Source: a virus
Lineage: Duplodnaviria > Caudoviricetes
Direction: 5' to 3' (one strand)
IMG/VR virus record: IMGVR_UViG_3300047487_000176
Location: 1 to 55,115 of that record
DNA: 55,115 bases
This document shows positions 17,876 through 28,166 of this stretch, one piece after another (the stretch's first letter is position 1; each line of letters begins with the position of its first letter). The translations under genes and the position numbers were made by a program. The notes under the pieces were generated by a model. It had not been told where the DNA came from and made no database searches. It saw only the letters and a list, made by a program, of their open reading frames with translations.

Positions 17876-18104
17876 TACCACTCACTTTGCTCGCCGTCAT
17901 ACCGGCTGGACGCCATATCCAGCCAACTGGACGCTGCCCTCATAGTCAGCGGCTGCCGGCGGGCTGCCCCGAGGCGTAACGCGGCCCGACAACGGCTTGG
18001 CGACGAGTGGACCGGGACAGTGGCACAGCGATCCCGGCGGGCAGGCACCGCACCGATAAAGCGGCCAGCCGAACCCGCCGGGGTCGCGTTCTGGAGAGTG
18101 GAAC

Positions 18105-18620
18105 ATGAAAGAATTCGATACACCGCAGCCCATCGACATCGTCATCCGCCTGCGCCAGACGCGGGCCGAAATGATTGGCACTGACGACGAGCAGCACTAC
18201 TGGGACTGCCATGATGCGGCCGACGAGATCGTTTCGCTGCGGGTGTTGCTGAAGCGGCAGAGCGAGGCGGCACATCAAGCAGTCACAATGATGGGCAGGT
18301 ACGCCGAGCGATACGGATTCCTGCTGGGCGGGCTGGAGATGGTTGCCATCGGGCATACGACGGCCGAAAGGGTGTTGAGGTGTGCGAGAGACAAATACCC
18401 GGAAGACCCCGCAAGTACCCCGCAAGTAGCCCGCAGAACGCACAAGAACAGGAGCGGCGAGACATGGACACTGAGAACACGCAAGGCGCGGCCGAGCCGT
18501 CTCCTGCATCCGCTGGTTCTCAGCCGGTGGCGTGGGCTGTCTGGTCGCCATCTTTCGGCTATCCGTTTGGCGATGCGGCAATCTTCAAGCGGAACGAACT
18601 TGCAATCGAAATGTGCGTGA
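18105..18620 (+). CDS. DIV.RLR...AADEI family protein; 3' end runs through an 11-nt tandem repeat into the next gene
   Basis: GGAG upstream of ATG; sequence after about 18405 looks out of frame. Confidence 0.55.
   Translation: MKEFDTPQPIDIVIRLRQTRAEMIGTDDEQHYWDCHDAADEIVSLRVLLKRQSEAAHQAVTMMGRYAERYGFLLGGLEMVAIGHTTAERVLRCARDKYPEDPASTPQVARRTHKNRSGETWTLRTRKARPSRLLHPLVLSRWRGLSGRHLSAIRLAMRQSSSGTNLQSKCA
18433..18522 (-). mobile_element. attC-like recombination site 1
   Basis: Minus strand: TGAGAAC-CAGCG-GAT[G]CAGG-AG-[A]-CGGC...GCCG-CT-CCTGTTC-TTGTGC-GTTCTG; 5/8/7/6 spacing, two extrahelical bases, one mismatch in L box. Confidence 0.72.
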
Positions 18621-18781
18621 TGAATGGGTACGGCGTTGACGACATTGTTCCGCTGTATCGCAAGCCGATGTTGGCAGACGAGGAGTTGAAAGCGATCCGA
18701 AGGGCGAAGGCAGTGGCACGCGAGATGCACGACTCGCGAATAGAGGCTGCGCTGGGTGGCCTACTGGAGCGGCTAGGCTGA
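18464..18781 (+). CDS. Cassette A gene, SQPVAW...GLLERLG family
   Basis: AGGAG SD and ATG inside attC-like 1; TGA inside R box of attC-like 2. Confidence 0.7.
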   Translation: MDTENTQGAAEPSPASAGSQPVAWAVWSPSFGYPFGDAAIFKRNELAIEMCVMNGYGVDDIVPLYRKPMLADEELKAIRRAKAVAREMHDSRIEAALGGLLERLG

Positions 18782-18863
18782 GAACGGCTGCATTGAGCAG
18801 CCCGAGAGGGGACTTTGATATGACGCAGGACGATGCCGGGTCTGCTCCAATGCTTGGTTCTCA
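18779..18863 (-). mobile_element. attC-like recombination site 2
   Basis: Minus strand: TGAGAAC-CAAGC-ATT[G]GAGC-AG-[A]-CCCG...CGGG-CT-GCTCAAT-GCAGCC-GTTCTCA; canonical attC geometry. Confidence 0.8.
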
Positions 18864-19173
18864 GCCGGTGGCGTGGGCTGTTGTGCGCACCGATGGGGAG
18901 TTTGAGTGCGTGCGCGAGTTGGAGGATGAGGCCCGCGAATACGCTGCATGGGTGCGGTCGGAGATGGGCGGGCAATACGACGTTCTGCCACTCTACGCCA
19001 GCGACAGGTGTCCTCACATTCTCGGAAAGACGACGCACTACTGCTCGCTCAACTTCACGCTCACCAATGCGGAGCGGGCGGCGATCAGCGAGGCTTGCGA
19101 CGAGGGGCGATGGTATCCACGCGATTACCACCATATTCGCACGCTGCGCGGGCTGCTGGAACGGCTAGGCTGA
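18820..19173 (+). CDS. Cassette B gene, SQPVAW...GLLERLG family
   Basis: GAGGGG SD and ATG inside loop of attC-like 2; TGA inside TGAGAAC at 19171. Confidence 0.7.
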   Translation: MTQDDAGSAPMLGSQPVAWAVVRTDGEFECVRELEDEAREYAAWVRSEMGGQYDVLPLYASDRCPHILGKTTHYCSLNFTLTNAERAAISEACDEGRWYPRDYHHIRTLRGLLERLG

Positions 19174-19226
19174 GAACTTGTGTTTACACGGTCCGTATAA
19201 CACGCCGCTTCCGTATATCACGCCGC
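19168..19226 (-). mobile_element. attI-like site: lone R box plus two 17-bp direct repeats
   Basis: GGCTGAGAAC with no partner arm; TCCGTATAACACGCCGC (19192-19208) and TCCGTATATCACGCCGC (19210-19226). Confidence 0.5.
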
Positions 19227-19288
19227 CCCACTCATACGCGAAACTCATCGCAAAACGACTGATTGCCAATATGATCGGGGCGTCGCGA

Positions 19289-20204
19289 TCAGACGGCGCA
19301 GCCGCTCGTCGCCCGCCACCACGCCACGGTCTCGGCGATCCCTTCTCGCAGCGTGACCTGCGGCTCCCACCCGAGCACCTTGCGTGCCAGTGAGGCGTCG
19401 ACCGCACGGCGAGGCTGGCCGTCCGGCTTCGAGGAGTCCCAGCGGATCGTGCCGTGATGCTCGCACTCGCCGGCGATCAGTTCGGCGAGGTCTCGCATCG
19501 TCACCTCGCCGCCGCCGCCGAGGTTGACAGGCTCCGGCGTCTCGATGCGTTCGGCGGCACAAAGAATCCCTTCGGCCGCGTCGGCGACGTGCAGAAACTC
19601 GCGGCTGGCACTTCCGGTCCCCCAGAGCGTGACGTCGCCGGCATCGCAGAATCGCCGGATCATGGCTGGGATGACGTGGCTGGACGCCGGGTCGAAATTG
19701 TCCCCGGGGCCGTACAGATTGGTCGGGATCACGACGGCCCCCTCCATCCCGTACTGGGCGTGGTACTGCTTCAGGAGTTCGTAGACGGCCCTCTTCGCCA
19801 CGCCGTACCCGGCGTTCGTCGGCTCTGGGTAGCCGTTCCAGAGGTCTTCCTCCTTGAACGGCACGGGCGGCGAGACGGGGTACGAGCATACCGTCCCGAC
19901 GGCGACCGTGCGGCGGCACTCGTGCAGGCGGGCGGCCTCGACGACGTTCAGGCCCATCGCGAGGTTCGCGTATGTGAACCTGCCCGGCGTCCGCATATTG
20001 GCGCCGATTCCGCCGACCTCCGCGGCCAGATGCAAGACGACGTCCGGCCGGCAGGCTGCGAACAGTCTCGCCGTGGACCGCGGGTCGGTCAGGTCGCACA
20101 CGCGCCGCCGCGGCACGGTGACCTGCGTGCAGCCGCGCTCCTCGAGCAGCCGGCACACGACGCGGCCGAGGAACCCTGCCCCGCCGGTGACCAGCACACG
20201 GCAG

Positions 20205-20227
<23 letters not shown>
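19289..20227 (-). CDS. fcl: GDP-L-fucose synthase
   Basis: [60 protein letters not shown]. Confidence 0.93.
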
Positions 20228-21185
<958 letters not shown>

Positions 21186-21206
21186 GGCGGCATTGTAGCG
21201 TTTTGC
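21186..21206 (-). promoter_or_regulatory. Promoter GCAAAACGCTACAATG, probable leaderless gmd transcript
   Basis: TACAAT 6 nt before ATG; 15/16 identical to motif at 26205-26220. Confidence 0.6.
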
Positions 21207-21209
21207 CGC

Positions 21210-21443
21210 CTACGAATCGCGTCCTCGCCAGAATGCCCACGCCCCCGCCACGAGCGGCGGCAGCCAGATGGCCCACGCCTGCGGCACCTGCCAGCCGAGC
21301 GAGCCGCTCGCCACGATTGCGAGGACGCCGACGATGCCTCCCGCGATACGCCAGCCGCACGCCGACAGGACGGCCGCGACGAGTCCGAGGAGGAGCACGG
21401 TCGCGACAATTGCCGCGACGAGGAACGCGAGGGACTCCATCAC
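21210..21443 (-). CDS. Small multi-TM membrane protein
   Basis: Almost wholly hydrophobic 77 aa; possible holin or exclusion protein. Confidence 0.5.
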   Translation of the reverse strand: MMESLAFLVAAIVATVLLLGLVAAVLSACGWRIAGGIVGVLAIVASGSLGWQVPQAWAIWLPPLVAGAWAFWRGRDS

Positions 21444-21751
21444 TCCGGCCCCGCCACTACGCCCTCTGCCACGCCCACCTTCGCCACGTACTGCATCAAC
21501 GCCCCCACCGCCGCCGCGAGGTCGGGATCGGAGTCGGCTCCCGCGAGCAGGTCGCGTACGTGCAGCCGGATCGGCTCGGCGGGTGCCTCCTCCACGCCGG
21601 TCTCGGTGGTGCGGAATCGGACCAGCGTGACGCGGGCTTCGGCTTCGCCTCCTGTCACGCTTGACACTACGATTTCACGGACCCACAGGCGGTCGTACGT
21701 GGCTGCGTAAGACAGCGGCTCGGCAGCGTACAGCGTGGGGATGTCAGGCAT
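21440..21751 (-). CDS. Hypothetical protein downstream of fibre (possible assembly factor)
   Basis: GAGG SD; position. Confidence 0.5.
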   Translation of the reverse strand: MPDIPTLYAAEPLSYAATYDRLWVREIVVSSVTGGEAEARVTLVRFRTTETGVEEAPAEPIRLHVRDLLAGADSDPDLAAAVGALMQYVAKVGVAEGVVAGPE

Positions 21752-23858
21752 TGATCCTCTCCTCTAGTGCGGCGATGCGTGCGTTGCTTTCTTGCAGTGC
21801 CTTGATCAACACGGGCACCAACTTTTCATACGCCAACCCCAGATGGTCGCCGCACTGCGCGACCACGCTGTCGGCGTAGTCGGTGCCCGCGAGTGCCGCC
21901 TGAGCCTCTTGTGCGATCAGTCCGACCTGACGCTCGGTGGCGAAGTTGCGGTCGCTCTGCGGTATGAAGTCGAACGCGACGGGTCGCAGCGATTCGATGA
22001 CGCTGGTGGCGTCGGTCAGCGATTCGACGCGAGTCTTGAAGCGGGCGTCTGAGGTGGCGATCGTCGCGTTGGTGGCGTAAATCTGGGAGTTGACTTGCAG
22101 AAGGTAGGCACCGTTGTCGGTGGTGGTGCCGATGAGTACCTCACCGCCCAGCGCCTGCATGTAGATCGGATACGAAACGGACGATCCGAAACTCTGGCAC
22201 TGGATGTACGTGCCTCCAGTGCTTGTGTTTACTCCTCCAATGCCAAGCCCATAGCCTGCCGAGAAGTTCTCAATCGTCAGAGGGTAGTATGTTTTCGCAC
22301 CAAGCGCCGGAGTGCCGTTTGCAGATTGATACAGTGACGACGTGCCGACGATGTTCAGTCGCTCCGTCGTCATCTGCGTCCCAATCCCCACATTCCCGCT
22401 CGCATCCACCCGCACCCGCTCAAGCGAGTCGGTGACGATCGACAGCGAATTTGCACCGCCGACCTGCTGGATGCCCGTATCGTCGTCCCCGCTGATCGCC
22501 AGTCCCGGCTTGTACGAGCCGCTGCTGCCGCTGCCTGCGGTGACGAAGCATTGCCCAGCCATCACCGTCTGCGCGACACCTGTGCTGGCATCGGTGCGAC
22601 ACCGCATCACCTCGCTTAGGCTGCCTGCACCGCCGCCCGTCTGCGCGAAGAACACCAGCGCGCCAGCGTAGTTCTGTGATGCGGACGAGTCCTTGACGCC
22701 CTGAATCGCGCCGAATCCGTAGTCCGCAGTGCTGTTCCCTGTCTGGCCCTTGAAGAACACAGTTGGTCCGACATTGACCGCAGCGGTCGCCGTAGAGGTA
22801 AGGACAACAGTATGAGACGTGCCGTTTGCCGGTGCAGAACCGACGCTGCCAGACACGGAGACGCTTCCCGACGTAACCGCCGCCGCACCGGTGAACGCCG
22901 GACTCGCCGTCGGCTGCACGGACAGCACCGTGCGTGCCGTCGCGGCGTCCAGTTCCTCCACGTCGCCTGCACCCGCAGACGAGCGACCGAGAATGCGGTT
23001 GGTGGCGGAGACGTTCTGGAGTTTGGCGTAGGTGACGGCGTCGTTCTGAATCTTCGCCGTGCTGACGGTGTTGTCCGTCGGCGTGCGGGTGTCGCTGAGA
23101 CGCGAGTCGTTGCCCTGACACGCGGTGCCGCCACTGGTCCCGTACGTCACGCTCACCGTGCCGTTGATTGACACGCCCAGCCCCGAGCCGACGATCATCG
23201 CACCGGCGGCACCCGTCGTCGCGAGTGGCAGGCGGGCGGCGTCCAGCGTGCCGGAGGTCACGGCACTGGCCGCGATGGCGATCGTCGTGTTCGACGCCGC
23301 CGTCAGGCGACCGTCAGCGCCGACGGTGAACGTGGCGACCTGCGTTGCCGAGCCGTAGGACGCTGCGGACACACCGCTCGCGGCGATTGTCGGATTCGGG
23401 TATGTGCCTGCGAGCGAGCCGCCTGCACTGCCCGTCGGAGTGCGGGAGTCGGAGAGCCTCGCGTCATTGCCGATGCACACGGTGCTCGAAGACGAGCCCG
23501 TCGGAATGCGGGCAATGTCCAGCGTGCCGGACGTGATGTCCGACGCTGCGTGCGTGTGCGACGACGACGCCTTGCCATCGAGCGCCGTCTGAAGCCCGGT
23601 CACGTCGGAAATCGCGTGCGTGTGGCTGCTTGACGCCTTGCCGTCGAGGGCGGTTTGCAGCCCCGTTACATCAGAGATCGAGTGCGTGTGCGACGCGAGG
23701 GCGTAACTCTGGAACGTGAACGACGTGATGACGTTCGAGGCGTCCTTGAAATACAGAACTTTGTCGGCGTAGTTCAGTGCCAACTCGCCGTGCAGGAGCG
23801 ACGACGGGGCCGATGCTCCGGGCGTGCCGTTGCGCTTGAGTTGGACCGGCGTTGGCAC
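21744..23858 (-). CDS. Tail fibre / receptor-binding protein with C-terminal S74 intramolecular chaperone
   Basis: N-terminal VQLKR...[23 protein letters not shown] tail repeats, TSDARFK cleavage site, GLIAQE, terminal coiled coil. Confidence 0.88.
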   Translation of the reverse strand: MPTPVQLKRNGTPGASAPSSLLHGELALNYADKVLYFKDASNVITSFTFQSYALASHTHSISDVTGLQTALDGKASSSHTHAISDVTGLQTALDGKASSSHTHAASDITSGTLDIARIPTGSSSSTVCIGNDARLSDSRTPTGSAGGSLAGTYPNPTIAASGVSAASYGSATQVATFTVGADGRLTAASNTTIAIAASAVTSGTLDAARLPLATTGAAGAMIVGSGLGVSINGTVSVTYGTSGGTACQGNDSRLSDTRTPTDNTVSTAKIQNDAVTYAKLQNVSATNRILGRSSAGAGDVEELDAATARTVLSVQPTASPAFTGAAAVTSGSVSVSGSVGSAPANGTSHTVVLTSTATAAVNVGPTVFFKGQTGNSTADYGFGAIQGVKDSSASQNYAGALVFFAQTGGGAGSLSEVMRCRTDASTGVAQTVMAGQCFVTAGSGSSGSYKPGLAISGDDDTGIQQVGGANSLSIVTDSLERVRVDASGNVGIGTQMTTERLNIVGTSSLYQSANGTPALGAKTYYPLTIENFSAGYGLGIGGVNTSTGGTYIQCQSFGSSVSYPIYMQALGGEVLIGTTTDNGAYLLQVNSQIYATNATIATSDARFKTRVESLTDATSVIESLRPVAFDFIPQSDRNFATERQVGLIAQEAQAALAGTDYADSVVAQCGDHLGLAYEKLVPVLIKALQESNARIAALEERINA

Positions 23859-25288
23859 TAAAAAGACCCTCCATCGAGCGTCTCAAGAAACGCCACCGAC
23901 GTGCCGGACGCGGAGTAGGTCAGGATGCCGTCGGTCGTGCCGCCCTGCACGGCAGAGACCGTGTCGAGCGCGTTCGACCCGAGGACGCTGCCCTTCGGCA
24001 CGGTCGCGAGGCCAGTTCCACCCTTCGTAGGCCCGATCGCCGTTGCAGACCACACGCCGGTGGTCACCGTGCCGAGCGTCGTGATCGACGTCTGGCCGGC
24101 GTAGGCCGTCGAGATGTCGATGGAGTCGGCTGCCACGCTGATCCGATCCGCCGTCCCGACGGCGTTGATCGTGCTGCCGTCCTTCGTGAGGCCGTTGCCG
24201 GCGGTGATCTGGCCGGCGCCGGAGAACTGGGCGAACGCCAGCGACGTCGTGCCGACCGTGATCGTGCCGTTTGTCGTCAGCACCCAGCCCGTGTCCGCGT
24301 TCGTCGTGCCTTCCTCTACGAACGTGAACGCACCCGGCGTCACTTCGGCGTCAGCGTCGAAGTCGGTGGCACGCACCGCCGCCCCGGACGCCTGCACGAC
24401 GTAGATGCCGTTCTGCGACGCCGTGTCCTGATTCTTGACGAGCACCCGGTCGCCCGTGGCGAGCGTCACGCCGTCGATCGCGTCGCCGTTCTCAAGCGCG
24501 CTCGACAGGTCGATGTTCGCCGTGGTCGCGGCCCTGACGCTTTGCTTGACGTCGAGGCCGTTCCTCGCAGCATCGACGTCCGCTTTCCTCGCGGCGTCGT
24601 TCGCATCTGTCGGCGCCGCGAGGTTCGTGATCTTCTGCGAGTTCATCGTCAGCGACGCCGTCGGCGCAGCGAATGACGTCAGGTTGTACGCCTTGACCGT
24701 GGTCTCGAGGTCGGTCACGTTCGCCGCGACGTGTGTGTGGACGGCGGACGCGGCGGAAACATCGACCGAGGTCAGGCTGACTGTGCCGACCTTTCCGTTG
24801 ACGCTTGAGACCGGCCCGTACTTGGCCGCCTCTGTCGCGAAGTCAGTGACGTCGGCTGCGACGTGCGTGTGGACGGCGGACGCCGCGCTCACGTCGACTG
24901 ACGTCAGGCTGACAGTCCCGGTCTTCCCGTTGACGCTGGAAACCGGCCCGACGAGCGACGCGGCTGTCGTGAAGTCGGTGATCTTGACGCTGGTCAGCGA
25001 CGGGATGTCGTCGGCCACGAGCGCACGGAACGTCGGCGCCGCGTCCGGCCCCGAAGTCGGCCCGGCGAGCACCTTGTTGGCCTCGCGGACAGTGACGATC
25101 GAGATGAACGCCCCGCCGCCGCCGATAGCGACCACGTTCGCGGCGTTCGTGCCGCTCGAGCCGGTGCCGATGTAGAGCGTGCCAGCACCGCCCGTGCCGG
25201 CGGCTTCGGCGTAGGCTAACTCCGCATTCAGGAGATGCTCAGGAGCCGAGCCGCCTGTAGACCTGCGGATACGAATGCGATTAGCCAT
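23858..25288 (-). CDS. Fibre protein with VSSVNG repeats
   Basis: IRIRRS...AELAY N-terminus, 44-aa repeats, [18 protein letters not shown]...NGIY domain, DGGSF C-terminus. Confidence 0.8.
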   Translation of the reverse strand: MANRIRIRRSTGGSAPEHLLNAELAYAEAAGTGGAGTLYIGTGSSGTNAANVVAIGGGGAFISIVTVREANKVLAGPTSGPDAAPTFRALVADDIPSLTSVKITDFTTAASLVGPVSSVNGKTGTVSLTSVDVSAASAVHTHVAADVTDFATEAAKYGPVSSVNGKVGTVSLTSVDVSAASAVHTHVAANVTDLETTVKAYNLTSFAAPTASLTMNSQKITNLAAPTDANDAARKADVDAARNGLDVKQSVRAATTANIDLSSALENGDAIDGVTLATGDRVLVKNQDTASQNGIYVVQASGAAVRATDFDADAEVTPGAFTFVEEGTTNADTGWVLTTNGTITVGTTSLAFAQFSGAGQITAGNGLTKDGSTINAVGTADRISVAADSIDISTAYAGQTSITTLGTVTTGVWSATAIGPTKGGTGLATVPKGSVLGSNALDTVSAVQGGTTDGILTYSASGTSVAFLETLDGGSF

Positions 25289-25572
25289 GCGAAGTTACCT
25301 CCATCCACTAGGTTTGTTTCTGCGTAGTCGCGCCATTTGCCTGTTGAGTACCGCAGCACGTCGCCGTCCGCCGGCGAGGCGATCTGCACGTCCGTCAGTT
25401 GGCTCAGTGCCGTGGCGCCTCCAGTCGCCCCGATGTCGCCGGACGGACCCTGCGGCCCGATGCCGCCCGTGACCGCTGCCGCGACGGCTCCGCTGCCGAC
25501 GGTCGCCGAGACGCCGGCGCCGCTGACGGTCGCCGAAATCCGCGTTCCCGTGACGCTGGCCGTGATGCTCAC
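25228..25572 (-). CDS. Short fibre-anchor protein (collagen-like triplets, LSQLTDV motif)
   Basis: GIGPQGPSGDIGATG; LSQLTDVQI...GDVLRY...W; DGGNF. Confidence 0.6.
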   Translation of the reverse strand: MSITASVTGTRISATVSGAGVSATVGSGAVAAAVTGGIGPQGPSGDIGATGGATALSQLTDVQIASPADGDVLRYSTGKWRDYAETNLVDGGNFAWLIAFVSAGLQAARLLSIS

Positions 25573-25892
25573 CGCGCCACCTCGACGAAGCCCGAAAGTG
25601 CCGTCCGCTTCACGTCGCCCGGGGCGATCCACTCAAGCCGCCACGAGTACGTGCCCGGCTGGAGCGCCTCGGTCTGTGCCTCGGTCATCGCGACGGACAC
25701 GACGCCCGTCGAGGCGTTCGTGATCGTCGAGGTGATCGTGCCGACCGAGTTCCCCGTGATCGGCGACACGATCGACGATGACACCGTGTACCCCGACATA
25801 TCTATGTCAAAGTCGATAGTCGTTCCGAACTGGTCCCCGCGACGGAGCGAGAGGTTCAGCGGACCCGGCAGTTGGCTGTAGGTATTGCTCAC
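25569..25892 (-). CDS. BppU-N-like fibre attachment protein
   Basis: Paralogue of 35647-36015; LRRGD, QTEAL, Y.W.L, LSG.V.V. Confidence 0.6.
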   Translation of the reverse strand: MSNTYSQLPGPLNLSLRRGDQFGTTIDFDIDMSGYTVSSSIVSPITGNSVGTITSTITNASTGVVSVAMTEAQTEALQPGTYSWRLEWIAPGDVKRTALSGFVEVAR

Positions 25893-26161
25893 CGAGGCTG
25901 CTCCACGGAGACCTTGTATTGCCTCGCCTCTTCAGCGGCCTTGGGCTGGAGCGCGTAGAGGAGCCGGGTCTGCTCCTCGATCGCGCTGGCGATGTCCTTC
26001 TGCGACTCCGAGATCGTCTTCAGGAACGCCGAGTGCTGCTCCACGAGCGGCAGGAGGACGTCGGTGCGGAGGAAGTAGCCTCCGGCCACGCAAAGCAAGG
26101 TCGGCAGGCCGTAGCGTTCGAGGACCGTCTTCAAGACGTCGTTCATTTCTTCACCGCTCAC
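25889..26161 (-). CDS. Single-TM protein, possibly holin-like
   Basis: ERYGLPTLLCVAGGYFL hydrophobic segment then coiled coil. Confidence 0.45.
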   Translation of the reverse strand: MSGEEMNDVLKTVLERYGLPTLLCVAGGYFLRTDVLLPLVEQHSAFLKTISESQKDIASAIEEQTRLLYALQPKAAEEARQYKVSVEQPR

Positions 26162-26198
26162 GGGACGCCTCGTGACGCCACAAAGGCAGAATGCGGCG

Positions 26199-26750
26199 TT
26201 ATTTCATTGTATCGTTTTGCAGCCTTACCCACGCAGCATCCACGCGGCCGGCGAGGACCGACAAATCCCCATCGTTGAGCACCTCGTCGTCCACGAGGCG
26301 GGCCTCGATGCCACGCTCGCTCGAGTGCGACCCGGCAGAACCAGCCAATCCAGCCCCGGGCCTGACGACGCGCCAGACGTACCCGCCGCGGGCGTGGATC
26401 GCCTCGGCCTCGTTGTCGAATCGGACGTCCGTGATCACGGCGAGCGGCGACTCAGAGTCTTCGATCCGCTTCATGGTCGCCATCACCCAGATTTCCGGGT
26501 GGATCGTCTCGCGCCCCCACTCCGTGCCGATCGTCTGGAGGAGCCGCCGCGGGCTGGCCGGCAGCCACGGCAGGTCGCGTTCCTTGTGCCGGCGGTCCTG
26601 CAACTCGGCGATCGACATCCCGGTGATCGCCGAAATCGCCGCGTACAACGGGTCAGCGAATCCGAAGACGCCGGCGCCGTGCCGTGCCGCCAGCATCTCC
26701 GCCACCGTGTTTTTGCCGCAGCCGGCGGCGCCGCAGAGGCCGAGGATCAT
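26199..26750 (-). CDS. Deoxynucleoside monophosphate kinase
   Basis: GLCGAAGCGKNT, FADPL, PRRLLQTIGTEWGR, ITDVRFDNE, HSSE. Confidence 0.9.
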   Translation of the reverse strand: MILGLCGAAGCGKNTVAEMLAARHGAGVFGFADPLYAAISAITGMSIAELQDRRHKERDLPWLPASPRRLLQTIGTEWGRETIHPEIWVMATMKRIEDSESPLAVITDVRFDNEAEAIHARGGYVWRVVRPGAGLAGSAGSHSSERGIEARLVDDEVLNDGDLSVLAGRVDAAWVRLQNDTMK

Positions 26751-27919
26751 CACTTCACCCCTGCGACGTGCATGGCCGTCAAGCCGCCCTCTGGGCGGTA
26801 GAGGAACGTCTCCATCGCTCGGCGGGCGCCTATGAATCCGTGCTCGGAGTGCCAGTCGTCCGTGGCCCCGACACTGGGAGCGGTTCGGACGATCACCGAC
26901 TCGATGGTCTCGATCGGCCGCTGCCACTCGGCGGCCTGCGAGTGGTAGTGTCCCGTGTGGTACTCGCGGTACGGGCATCGCGCCCAATCGGCGGCGGCCT
27001 CGATCGCCATGATCTGCGGCAACTTCCGCTTCGCCCGGTGGCCGTGGGCGATTCCGAGCAGATTGGCCCCGTGCGTGACGTACTGCCGGCCGGTGAACTT
27101 CATGCTCACGGCGACGCGCTGGTCGTTTCGGAACCGCTCGAACAGGATGCGCTGAAACGCCCAACTGAGGGTCTCGTCATGGTTCCCGTTCACGACGTGG
27201 ACGTCGGTCGGCGTCGTCGCGGCGGACTGCTCGACGATCGACAAGAGCGCGTCGCTGCCGACCTCGATCATCTTCTGAAGGCGGCCGTCGCGCTCCAACT
27301 GCGTGCCGCTGGTGGTGGTCCCGTGCGGCGAGTCGTAGTGAAAGAGGTCGCCGAGGTAGAAGATGCTCCTCCGAGCGGGCTTGTACTCGTTGCCGACGGC
27401 GATCAGTTCGTTCGACGTCTGCCTGATGACGCGGTCGGCGATGTCGAGATCGTAGTCGCCGTGTCCGGTTGTCTTGCTCCACGCATACTTGCCGACGTGA
27501 ACGTCCGCCACCACGATGACCTGCCACAGTTCTCCCTTCGGCTTCTTGTGGCGGCTCACCGGCCGCTGCTTGAGGCCGACGGCGCCGGCGATCATCGCCT
27601 CCACAACCTCGCGGGTCGTCGGCCCCGCCTTGGGCTTCAGCCGGACGAAGACGCGGTGTAACTCGGTGACGGTCGTGCCGCCCTTGCCATCGCTCGTCGC
27701 GCACTCCCACTTGGTGGCTTCGGATGCCGCTACTTCATACCGCTGCAAGTCCGCCTCGATGTGCGCGAGGAGGTCTTCGACGGTCTTGATGCGGCGGCTC
27801 GTGCTGCGGGCCTCGAGCACGTCGCCCTCGCGCTTGGTCGTGACCTGCTCCGCGTCCGGGGCGGGTTCAGGCTGTGGCAGTTTGGCCGCCACCTTGGCGA
27901 TCAAGTCCTCCTGAGCCAT
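26750..27919 (-). CDS. Calcineurin-like metallophosphoesterase
   Basis: ADVH, GDLFH, GNHD, HGH, GHYH motifs. Confidence 0.85.
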   Translation of the reverse strand: MAQEDLIAKVAAKLPQPEPAPDAEQVTTKREGDVLEARSTSRRIKTVEDLLAHIEADLQRYEVAASEATKWECATSDGKGGTTVTELHRVFVRLKPKAGPTTREVVEAMIAGAVGLKQRPVSRHKKPKGELWQVIVVADVHVGKYAWSKTTGHGDYDLDIADRVIRQTSNELIAVGNEYKPARRSIFYLGDLFHYDSPHGTTTSGTQLERDGRLQKMIEVGSDALLSIVEQSAATTPTDVHVVNGNHDETLSWAFQRILFERFRNDQRVAVSMKFTGRQYVTHGANLLGIAHGHRAKRKLPQIMAIEAAADWARCPYREYHTGHYHSQAAEWQRPIETIESVIVRTAPSVGATDDWHSEHGFIGARRAMETFLYRPEGGLTAMHVAGVK

Positions 27920-28158
27920 GCCTTCACTCCTTGCGGGCCGATGACGATGCCCAGTTCGCCGAGCGTCGCCGAGATCGCCCGGCACGCCGTGATCTCCCGC
28001 TTGCCGAACCGGCCTGCAAAGTACGCATCGCGGAGCGGCAGAACCTGCTCCGCCTGCTCCGGCGTGAGCCGCTGCCACCACGGTTTGACGTGCGGCGTCG
28101 TGTCCACCCGGGACGCGACTCGTTCGATGAGGTCATCCGCTGACAACTTCTCGTCCAT
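27901..28158 (-). CDS. Hypothetical protein
   Basis: GAGG SD before ATG 28158. Confidence 0.55.
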   Translation of the reverse strand: MDEKLSADDLIERVASRVDTTPHVKPWWQRLTPEQAEQVLPLRDAYFAGRFGKREITACRAISATLGELGIVIGPQGVKAWLRRT

Positions 28159-28166
28159 GCTGCACC

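Noticed and set aside
18028-18094. Third complete attC site
   Set aside because: Has a GTT box and a stem, but no AAC partner at the required spacing and no extrahelical bases
18471-18522. Alternative short site using TGAGAAC at 18472 paired with GTTCTCA at 18516
   Set aside because: Inner arms do not pair; the AAC at 18437 gives the full L-box geometry
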